Positions 53,537 to 64,000 of a DNA stretch of 64,000 bases are shown one piece after another. The stretch comes from Asterias rubens (lineage: Eukaryota). The stretch spans positions 2,046,001 through 2,110,000 of the forward strand of contig NC_047071.1 of assembly GCF_902459465.1 (NCBI RefSeq). Reading direction: 5' to 3'. The translations under genes were made by a program, and so were the position numbers. Positions within the stretch are counted from its first letter, which is position 1. Every line of letters begins with the position of its first letter. Under the pieces are notes generated by a model that made no database searches, was not told where the DNA came from, and saw nothing but the letters and a program-made list of their open reading frames with translations.

Positions 53537-56500
53537 TCAAGCCCATATACGCAGTGTGTAGTCCCAACTCCCTGTACACAGTGCTGTACCATCCGGTGAT
53601 GTACGCAGGCAGCTTATACGATTCTCATGTCCATACAGCATGGTCAGACGTACACCTTTCAGTGTGTCCCATATGTTGACAGAGTAATCATTGTAGCCAA
53701 CGAAGAGTAATCGCCCTGCAAGAGAGATTTATATACGCCCTCAATAAGCCATTTGTGAGTTAGATTTGAATGGGTTTTTTTTATTTGTTTTTTTATGCAT
53801 GTCGCCAGACACACAAGGCCTCAAGGCCACTTCAAGGTGTGGGCTACAATTATTTTATTCCAGAGGCCGTTGCCACCTACTCCTAGGGCTGAAACAGGGT
53901 TACCCCTTTTACAGTCCATATGGATGTAGGCTTGTGTATCATCAATCCGAAGCCTGGCTTGTAGAGCAGAAAGCACTACCTCCCCAATTTTACGTAGCAA
54001 GTGTCACGACCGGGACTCGGACCCACACTCTGCTGATCAAACACCAGAGCTTGAATACGGTGCTCTTAACCGCTCGGCCATGACACGCCACAAATGTCTG
54101 GTAGAATGACTTGCTTAGTCACAATGTACCGCTTACATTTGAATTCCTCAGAATATAGAGAGAGTTGCTATGTCAAATGGTTCGGGCAAGCCTTTGCATA
54201 GCAACCTCCAGATGAGCAAACCCTGGTGCCATTGTGCCATACACATCCATTCAAGAAAAATAAAGAAAGAAAAAAAATCTACAGCAGGAAACCAGGAGTG
54301 TGTTTTGAAGGTTGTAACCCAAAACTGTTTCGGTCAATGGCCAGTGATTTACCGTTGGCAAACCGAAACAGTTTTTGGTTACGACCGCCAAAACGCACCC
54401 CTGGTACAACATCAACTTGTCATTTACGGAACTTCAAAGATGGTACATACCACTGAGGGAGAAATCCAACGACGTTGCACCGAAAATGATACACTCCTTG
54501 GCATAGCAATTGATTTCTCGATCAGCTCGTAGGTCATACAGACGACACTGTTCACAAAATATTCAATATCAAACCAATATAAACCACAAGGGAAACTGAC
54601 TGGGTAAATCTTAAGTGATTTGGGGTTGAACAAAGACAACTTTACTAGTGCGGGACTCAAACAAAGACATTGACCACATAAGGCTAGTAGATAGCTCAGT
54701 TGGTAGAGTGGTGGCACGTTTGTCCAGAGGTCCTTGGTTCAAGTCCCACTCTAATCAATATTACTTTATTCAACCCCAAATCAAAATAAAATCAAATCAA
54801 AACAACACAAACAACTTCTAATCTTCTTAATTTATAAACATGACAGTGTCATAATTGCAGGGTGAGAATGAATGACCAGGTCAAAGTATCAACCCAAAGA
54901 TGAGGGTACTCACCCCAGCGTCATCAGATGCAGATGCAAATGCATCCCCACTAGGAAAGAATCTAACAGCATTAATGTCTGACTCATGACCATCAAATGA
55001 CTGGACACACTGTCCGGTACGCATGTCCCACACGAGGGCCTGCTTGTCACATCCCTGTTCATCGTAACAAAAAAGAAACAATTTTAATTTTTTTCATTTT
55101 AGTTATTAAAAATGTACACAAGGGCCTGCTTGCACATCCCTGTTCATCAAAACAAAAAGATTTTTAATTTTTTTTTTTTAATAAAAATTTACTAGGCAAT
55201 TTCACTTGTGGTTTATCACTTTAATGTGAAATAAAGAGTCGCATCAGAACCAAAACAAAACATGCAGTTGGCTTTTGAAAGGTTGGGGGTTTGTTAGGGA
55301 TAATGCAAAGACACTCAAGCACTGAATCTTCAATAGTAATTGAAGGAATATAATCTGTTTTTACCTTTATACACCAGTGTGTGTTTCGAACTATATGAAG
55401 ACGAGCAGAGTATACTGTTGGAACCGTTGAGACCAAACTGGCTCTTTTCGGAGCCAACACTCCCTCAAAGGAGAACTATTACATGGTTGTACCCGCAAGT
55501 TTACTATTATTTATAATCACTCATACTCACTTGGGGTGAATTCGAAACCCCAACCTTTGCATTGCTATAGCAGATGTCTTACCACTAGACCACTGGAGGC
55601 CGTTTGAAGGAACTTACCCCTGAAACAAAGGTATTACAAGCCTCCGAGGGCGACAGATCGAGTCCCATGACGTCAGCGTTGTGACCATGAAAACTCTGCA
55701 GTAACTGACCACTCTCAACATCCCATAGGGCGCATGTACTGTCACCACTCCCAGTTAAAATCTAAACAAATAGAGGGGAGGGGATTGAAGGAAACAGTCA
55801 TGACCAGTTTTCAAAATATCCTTAAACACATAAAGTTTCAAGATTCTCAAAAGCAAATTTAATTACATATCCATATTATATTAATTTAAATTCTAGTATT
55901 TTGTGTTTAAAAGAAAAGCACATTAGAACAAGAACATATTATTTTGAGTTACCAATAGCGTCTAGTGCCTTGAACTTGTTTAGGATTAGTCTGTCAGCCT
56001 TTTCACTAGTCCATGATTTAAATGAAATAGGGTTGCTTTTCCAAGACCACTTGGAGTGAATTGTGAGGTGTTTTAACTGGCATTTGGCCAGCGGGCCACT
56101 GCTAAAGAAGAATGCTGCTTACCTGCTGATCGGAGTTCATAAATGTACAGCAAGACACGTAGCTGGTATGCATGGCTACGGCTCTCTTCTTGCATGATAA
56201 ATCTTCCTCTTGGCTTAGCTGGTACACTGAACACTTATTATCTAGGCCACTGTGAATAAAAGTAACACAAACTTCCATCATCTATAATCCTCAAAATGTT
56301 CGCATGTACGAAACAGGGATGAGATTTGACAATGTAAACAATCCTGAAAATTTGTCCCAATACAGGCCTTGATTCCCCCTTATTCTAGACCCGGAACCTC
56401 CAAGATGTTCGCTTCAGGAGGTTTACCGACTACAAAAATGTATGTGCATCACCAGAACGACAGGTTTGGACACTTTGTGGGCTATTCCTCTCTCCCTTTT

Positions 56501-58666
56501 AGTGACAGCTTTACTTCTTTCAAGAAAATTTGAAGGCTAACAGAGGTTTTGAGAAAGTCCTAAAATAAAGAGAGAAAAGGAGTGACTTTTCGTCGAAAGA
56601 TCGACGGTTACATTCGTTCGGAACAGCGCTAGATCGTCCTTGGTTTCAGACATCAACCTTGTCATGAGCCGAGCCAATGTAAAAAAAAATTTAAGTTCCC
56701 TTGTCTGAAAACAAAATTTATTCGAGTTGACCTAGAGTCGCCCCTCATCTACTTGATAGGCGCGACTCTGGCTCTCCTGTCTGAAATGGGTGTAAATCTA
56801 ATACAGCTTGATAAAAAAACCTCCTTAAACACAACTGACAACAACATACATGCATCTCGAAATGTCACAGCTTGCCCAAGGCCCAGGTTTGGATCAAGTG
56901 TATATATTTGTGTTTTATAAGCGCTACTTACCCACAAGCCACTATGGTACCGGATGGGGCATATGAGCATGCCATGACCCAGGTCGTCGGCATAGTGATG
57001 CCATGTTCCTGTGGAATGGAAAAAAAGAAGTCTTCTAATTGAATTTGTTTTCATCCTCTGATTGCCTCAGGAAATGTCGGCAGGTAAAGCTTTAACCCTA
57101 ACTGTAACCCTTTGTGTCTTGGGCTAGAATCAGCACTAGAATCCAACAGAGGCAGTCTATGGTCATTTTAAAACCACGTAACTCAACACCTTGTACATGG
57201 GCTCAGATTTCATCCAACTGGTACGACCTGCTGGCTGGCTCTAGGATGCTGTAAACCTACAATGGCTCTTGCACAGTGTAAATAATGCACAACCTTTTTC
57301 TATTAATTTGCTCTTTGCACCTTTTCAACATCAACCAATGACGTCACCAACGCAACATCCCAGTTCAGCTTTCTACATGAGCATATATACTCAAGACTTA
57401 AGAGTAAAAAGAAGCTCCTGACTGTACCTTATTTGTAGTGAACGCATCCCACACAATGATCTTTCCATCTTGTGATGACGTGACCATATGCCGATGATCT
57501 CGTGCCCAATCCAAGCATAAAACCTTTCCTTGGTGACCTTTTAGAATCCTGCGAGGTTTTAAATTGAGTTGTGGCAGCGTGTCCAACTTCTCCGCGACTA
57601 CCATCACTACCACAAATAAAACAATTTTATAACAGTAAACAAGATTCCAGTTGCCATAAATTTATATTGTTGTTCAGCAGTAATGCTGCTTTCTTTAATT
57701 TTGCTACCCAACAAAGTGAAGAATTACAGGTTATAATTTGTGTTAACAAACAATTCCAATGACCATTTAGTGAGTAAGTAATCTTATCACTATAATGTAC
57801 TACTAATACTATTGCTAATTATCATTTGATTTTACCTAGACTTGAAAAGTATTGTGGCGGCATCAAGTTTAATTATTTAAAGTGGTCTGATTTGGAACTG
57901 TCTTAATAATATTAAAATGCACAACAATCAAATGTTACAACCTATTTTTTCTAAATATTGATAACAATAAAACTAATGCACAACAATCAAATGTTACAAC
58001 CTATTTTTTCTAAATATTGATAACAATAAAACTAACAACAATGTTGAATCAATTCTACCTCCATGGCCGGTTGAATGCAGCCGTCAGCAGTTCCTTTTTT
58101 TTTTAACTGATTTGCACATTGTGCAAAATATATATTTATAGTTAAAATTACCAGGCTATTTTCTAACTACGCCCCCCCCCCCCCCCATTTAATTTTAATA
58201 TGTTTTTATTCTCATTTCTTAACTTAATAATTATTTAATTTTAATCTAACTAAATAATCCTGCACAGTAAGTACAAAGAAAAGACAGAAAATGCCCTTCC
58301 TGAATTCAAGAGACCATGTTTGTTTTAATTGTGTTACTTCATTGACCATCTGAATATTTATACACAAACACGACTCGAGACATCTAACTAAGAAAAACCA
58401 TAGAGAAACACACAGCACAAACACACACACTATCTACATGAGTAATGCAAAAAATAAAACGAATCTGGTGGAGAGATATGGCCGCCACTTGACATGCCCA
58501 AAAACACATTTGAAGCACTGACAACAAAAATCCAAAGCACAGAGTACTTACAGTCAACATCGTTGAGCTTTCTCCGCTCTTCTTCTAGCTTGATTTTAAG
58601 GGATTCGGCTTCCCGAGTCAATGCATTTATCTCCTCTTCTTTCACAGCGGGTCCGTCGACGGCCAT
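53537..58666 (-). CDS. GNB5: Guanine nucleotide-binding protein subunit beta-5, 352 aa
   Basis: Exons 58666-58552, 57606-57428, 57008-56932, 56249-56123, 55761-55618, 55054-54914, 54547-54451, 53715-53537 (1059 nt). G-beta5-type motifs [62 protein letters not shown]. Confidence 0.97.
53770..54090 (-). mobile_element. tRNA-derived SINE
   Basis: Head with A box TGGCCGAGCGG and B box GGTCCGAGTCCC on minus. Body shared with about 12170-12340 and 43150-43290. Confidence 0.72.
54580..54790. mobile_element. tRNA-derived SINE pair (second family), inverted
   Basis: GCTCAGTTGGTAGAG...GGTTCAAGTCCC head at about 54682-54750. Body AAACCACAAGGGAAACTGACTGGGTAAAT also near 15290 and 49545. Related tRNA-like heads near 19790-19870, 32530-32650, 51230-51330 and 55530-55600. 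Confidence 0.62.
57916..58035. repeat. 59-bp direct duplication in GNB5 intron 1
   Basis: AATGCACAACAATCAAATGTTACAACC... at 57916 and 57975. Confidence 0.9.
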
Positions 58667-59201
58667 CTTGGAATTTTCATTGGCATGAACCTTGACCTTC
58701 ACACATACTCAGCTTGGATTTTGCATGTTTACCACTTTTCGTCGTGTGTGTGGGCGCGCAATGTGGGTGCCCGCAGCGCGAGTGCGTTCTCAAAGATAGG
58801 GACTCGCTCGCCGGTCGCGCTACCAAACATTCCGCAGTCATTATTTTATTTTGTATGGAGTAAAAACTTAATATTATTTTGAAAAGTAAACTAATATGAA
58901 AACTTGCAATATTTAACAATTTGTATGGCTTGATGATCAAATAATGTTTTAGGTTGAGCCACGAGGACGAATTTCTCCCTAGGTCATACCTATGTTTTTT
59001 TAAGAAGAAGTCTCAACATTAAAAAACACCGTCAAAACAGGCTAAACTAAACTAAAGATTGGCTCGACTCATCAGGAAAGATATTCAAGGCGGAATTAGT
59101 ATGGCGAGAAAAAAAATAATACTCGGGCTAGCTGGGAAATAAGTTCTGCCTTTGCAGTTCCCGTTTTTTCTTTTATGTGTTTTCGGGTTTTTTACGGTGT
59201 T

Positions 59202-59682
59202 CCGGTGTACCGCATGCAATTATGTCCTCTATGCAATACTATCCGGAGGACATTATTGCATATGCAATAATGTCCGCCGGACGGTTTTGCATATGCAATC
59301 GTGTCGCCGGACGCTGCTGCATAATGCAATTGTGTCCGCCCGAACACATTTGCATATGCAGTTGTGTCCGCCCCCGTGCAAAACCGCCCTTGCAGTAAAT
59401 TAAACGCCCTTGGTCGACGGAACACGTTTGCCATTTTTTTACAAGCAAAAACAAAAGTGCATGTCATGAATGACATGGGAAATGTTTCGCCGCAATAATA
59501 AAAATACGTGAATATTCATGCTGCTATACGTATGGTTCAGTACAAGCACGCTCGCTTACATGTACGGTCATGTACATGTCCACCGGACGGTTTAAATTGC
59601 ATAGCCCCGGACACGATTGCATATGCAAAAGTGTTCGGAGCGGACAGTATTGCATGGCGGACACAATTGCTTCTGACACCGG
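59202..59682. mobile_element. Second copy of the TGCATATGCA-rich TIR element
   Basis: Colinear with the reverse complement of 16045-16544. Confidence 0.8.
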
Positions 59683-61545
59683 CAAAGTCTTTGTATGGAA
59701 GTATTGGGATGAATATTAGAAACTTTAAACTGAAATTGAATATAGGCACGGTGACGTTTAAAAAAAATTAGTATTAATAAACTGTGTTTGAGTATAAACA
59801 CAAAGGCCTTAGGGTCCTAATTATTGATATTTTGTAATAACAGTTATAGTGTATGCAAGCATCAATAATTCTGGAGGAATATGTGCTGGCAAGAAACAAA
59901 ATTACTCACAAAACTTTCCGCCTACACAGACCAATGATATCCTAAGAGAAGATCGGGGACACGTGGTAAAATAAAACATTCAAACTCAAACTTTCAAACT
60001 CATGCAGTTGGCTTCGCACGGGTTCATCTGTGTGTGTCAATTTTGTTTTGTACATTAAAAAATGCTGAAAATGTCGTGGTGTTTTTTCAATTGGGGGGGG
60101 GGGGGGGGGGAGGGGGGAGTGGGGGAAGGGAATCCTTAAAAAAAACAAAAACGAACATTATTATAAGATGGCAATTCTATAGGGCCAACAGAAAAAAAGA
60201 GAGACGCGGTTAGCGTAAAAAAAATCCTAAGTTGGTCACGGTTTGTGGAAAAGTTAAATGTCCCTCGAGTCGAGGGGCTCCGTACCGTAGAAAGGTATAC
60301 ATAACTTTTTCAAGATTGTGATGCTCAGGGACGTTTGTGTTTTTGCTTTTGGCGGGAGAATAATTCGACGGGCCACACTAAATTGACCAGATGATTAAAT
60401 TAAAGAGTCAATGAATATTTTTATCTTACTGTACAAAGCTGTGAGACTTTTAAGTATTTGTTGTGTATTTGTTTAATACAGTGTATTTAGCAATTTGCAC
60501 TTGTTGAGCCCTTCTGTGGCATGACACGGCTTGGGGGGGGGGGGGGTACATTGAACACATGAGGGCGCTCGACAATAACAAACTTTCACACACATCTGAA
60601 AACTAGAGCACAAACTGCATGCAGCAATTCAAAGGTGACAGCGAGTGTGGAGTTGTAGAAGACGTGTTGAAAAGACGAGCATTTCACGGGTTTTGATTGA
60701 CAGGAATTGGGTAAGTGTGTTCATTTTATTTATTGCTACATCTGCCAAGTATTATTTGATGAATTTAGCTATCACTGAGTAGTGAGTTGTGTTATCGTAA
60801 TTCAAGTTCAATGGATTGTCACTCGACTCTGTCGTGCTCTGTCAGTCGTCTTGCGTCTTCATTCGTTTTTCAATAGCCCCACGTATAGGAAGCAACTATT
60901 TCGAGTTGGCATCGATGGCCATGTTCCGTCCCAACCCAACTAGATAATCGTGAAGGGAGCTAAGGAGAGCGATTAGATTTTGTCACACAGTGTGTGTGTG
61001 TCCCCCATGTAGGTTAATAACATTGGCTGAACACTTGAATAGCGAGTTTTCACAACAAATTTCTACACAATATTAGCCATACGGGGAAAGGGGGGTGGGG
61101 GAGACACAAAATTACCTTTTTAAGACACAGGACATGGTCCCCGGGGATAGGACAATATTGAAGATCATAAAAATTGTTGGCAACAAAATTGTGAATTGTG
61201 GAGGGTTAATCTATCTGAATGCATGTAATGCTAGTTGTTCAGAGTAAAATTGCATAGTTAGAAGAGTTTGTAACATGATGAAATTGTGCAATAAATTTAA
61301 CTCATGAATACAGTCCAACCACATGTACGTAAAGGATTTGAAGAATAACAAAAACCAGCTATGTTTTTCGCCTGTAATTCTTTAGCCACTGTAACAATAC
61401 AACGCACCACCCGTATTTATAATAGTTTACATTTAATATCTGATTAATTTCAACAGAACAACCACATTTGCACATGGAGGCATCATCCTGAAAGCCTTGA
61501 GGCTTGTAATGAATGTGCCTGTTACAACAATACAGTGTTCTTTAA

Positions 61546-62104
61546 AGGCACTGGACACTATTGGTAATCACGGGTAGAAATTAAGTGTATTTTCATGGTA
61601 GTCAGCAGGGCTAGTAACCAAGAAATTTTAGTAGCCCTGATGAGATTTTGGTAGCCCAAAAGACACATTATGTCTTGAGTCACGGCACAAACTTTACAAT
61701 ACATCATTCATAGCACAGTTCAGTATTGTTTGTGATGATGATTTTTGCATTTTTTAAAAATGAGTAGCCCGGCTGTTAATCTGGTAGTCCCGGGCTAGCG
61801 GGCTAGTGACAATTTCGACCCCTGGGGTAATTACTCAAAATAATTGCTAGCACAAAAACTTACTTGGTACTACAAACAATGGAGAGCTGTTGATAGTTTA
61901 AAACATTGTGAGAACTGGCTCCCTCTTAAGTATCGTAGTGTTTTGAGAAAGAACTAATTTTCCATTGAAATATTTGAATTTGATTTCGAGACCTTAAAAT
62001 TTGAATTTGAGGTCCCGAAATTACGCATCTGAAAGCACACAACTTCGTGCGACAAGGCAGTTTTTCTTCCATTATTATCTCGTTACCAATAGTGTCCAGT
62101 GTCT
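61546..62104. mobile_element. Kolobok-like MITE with nested hAT-like insert (61569-61824)
   Basis: TTAA-flanked host. Insert ends CACGGGTAGAAATT...AATTTCGACCCCTG with duplicated GGTAAT. Further partial family copies near 10700-10980, 19100-19350, 41210-41935, 42420-42640, 43640-43870 and 46260-46620. Confidence 0.72.
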
Positions 62105-63315
62105 TTAAAATGGTACAAAACTGCATGGTAACCTATAGACAGTGTAAGAGAAGAAAAAACCCTAGAGCTGCTGTCAATAGTTCGTGGCAATTTACAATAT
62201 TTATTCTGGTTCCCAAGTGTTTTTACAGCTTCCTCAATCCTCATGGTAACTTTCTAATGAAAAAAAAAAAAAACAATCAATAGATTTTCATTCCGTTCAT
62301 TGCTATTATTGTTTTTGCTTTAAAAACAGCCTGGAGTCACCTTGTTGAAGAGCTGTCATGAAAATTACATTGCAATTATTCCCGGGTGTGATATTTGTAC
62401 TGTGCATCGGGGAGACGACACCTTGGTTAAAGTTACGTAGTCTCACACTTCGCTCTGCTTAACATTATGGGCAGTTCTTCATGGTTTTTTTCAGCAAAAT
62501 CTTTACAGAATTGACTTAAAGGAAAGGTGTATGTTTGGTAGGCCCCCATACTACTCTTAAAATTAATGGCAATACAAAATTTTGGTAAGAAGCCTATAAA
62601 CAGCAGCTTTCTATAGAGAAATTTCAATTTGAAGTATTAAGGTTAGAATGTAAAAAGATTTCAGTGGCACTGGACAATATTATTGGTAATTACTCCACAT
62701 ATTATTGGTAATAACTCAAAATAATTAGGCATAACCAGCTGGGAGCAGGGGACTGATGAAGCTCCATTTTCACCCTACTTATTTTTTTTAAGGAGGAATA
62801 TTATAATCTCCAGTGACAGGTAATTGGAAAGTTGCATAAATTTTCTTAATGATTTGCACACCATGAGCGTGGTCTGGAATGCCTTTTCGGTGAATGAGTG
62901 GTAGCATCGAATCACATGAGCATGCCTAGCATACAAACAGGGCATTCATGGATGGACAGTCCACCAGTGAACAGGGCCCAATTTCATTGTTTACTTGTAA
63001 GCAAATTTTCGTTCTTACTGCAGCAGAAACATTTGCTTACGTGTAATATTTCACAGGAAAACAAGAAAATTTGGCAGCCATCTTGCGCGCTCACAAGGGA
63101 TTTGTATTTTTACATCATTAAATTTTAGCAAGTAAGCACTGGAAGGCAAGCATGCCTTTTCGTGTGCTAATCGGTAAGCAGCGCTATGAAATGGAAATCA
63201 TGTAGTAAGCACATAATCGGCTGTTTACTCAGCTGCATGAAATTGGGCCCAAAACTTGAACCAGTTGGTCTGTTCTTACCTGTAGACTCCTTCCTCCCTG
63301 TGTCCTTTTAAAGCT

Positions 63316-63329
63316 ATCGCCATGGTAAC
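63316..63329. promoter_or_regulatory. RFX X-box-like motif
   Basis: ATCGCCATGGTAAC, 13/14 match to GTYRCCATGGYAAC. Confidence 0.35.
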
Positions 63330-63514
63330 GCATCTTTGCACAGGCCTACCTGTGAATTGAAACACCTGCAGAGAAGATTGAATCTTGGTGAATTGCTCCG
63401 GAGAGGGAACTTTGCAAAAAGTTGATTGAAATGCATGAGTGCCCAGAACCTTGATAGTCGTCAGAATGGACTTTTAAATTATTCAAGCACCGTCACATTT
63501 TGTATCTATTTTTT

Positions 63515-64000
63515 ATAGAGTGCATTCACCATCTCAGTCCTTGGGTTTTATTAGACTGTATGGGTTTGGCCTCGGCTTGCTGAGAGTCAAATCTGATGGG
63601 CCTAATTGTCATTGAGCTGATTGAGCACCATATTTAGCTTAGCAGTTTTCTTCTAAGCACAATTATGCTTGTTTTAAACGGTTACAAGTGGAGTTAAAGA
63701 GTGCACTCACCGTCATCAGTCCTCTAGGGTATTAATACTGTATGGGTTTGGCCTTGGCTTACTGAGAGTCGCATGGGGCCCAACTTACATTGAGCGTGCT
63801 GGAGCACAACAAATAATTGGTTAACATTTGTCTGCTAAGCATTAGGCCTATGCTTGTTAACAGTTACAAAATGAGTTATATTCACCATCAGTTCTAGGAT
63901 GACCATTAGACTGTCATGGGTTTGGCCTCGGCATGCTGAGAGTCACATCTGGGCAAAATTTTATAGTGCTGCTTCAGCACAGTATTGCTTCAGCACAGTA
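63515..64000. repeat. About 175-180-bp diverged tandem repeat, at least 3 units, runs off the window
   Basis: Core ACTGT(C)ATGGGTTTGGCC(T/C)(C/T)GGC..CTGAGAGTC near 63560, 63740 and 63915. Confidence 0.8.

Noticed and set aside
54682-54750. tRNA gene (also about 54010-54090, 19790-19870, 51230-51310)
   Set aside because: A and B boxes are present, but acceptor and anticodon stems are not intact and each is attached to a repeated body: SINE heads.

Overview
Eukaryotic, intron-rich, AT-rich DNA from a deuterostome invertebrate, most likely an echinoderm such as a sea star (inferred from gene content and repeat style). Left half: a cluster of three complete secreted type-B carboxylesterase/cholinesterase-family genes (A 339-6402 minus, B 8589-15752 minus, C 18321-24767 plus; B and C are head-to-head), plus a dead duplicate of the promoter and exon 1 of gene A. 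Then a small secreted single-VWC-domain gene (26804-27947 plus), SSR2/TRAP-beta (minus) head-to-head with a TTC24-like TPR gene ending in a CaaX box (plus), and GNB5 (minus). All gene models were built by hand from GT-AG sites with phase checks. Introns and spacers are full of MITEs, tRNA-derived SINEs, L2 3' ends and tandem repeats. Highlights: (1) esterase B has an extra 726-bp phase-0 intron apparently created by an L2-type retroelement inserting with an AAGGTG target-site duplication; (2) a 5'-truncated but open Neptune-type Penelope element with a 15-bp TSD sits in sense in the TTC24-like intron, carries a hammerhead-like motif with a U3-A8 compensatory core 76 nt before the host acceptor, and offers an in-frame cryptic acceptor that could give a TPR-RT-GIY-YIG fusion; (3) the esterases show patchy homogenisation of terminal exons with divergent active-site exons, and a shared C-x4-C tail. 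No CRISPR array, rRNA or genuine tRNA gene was found.
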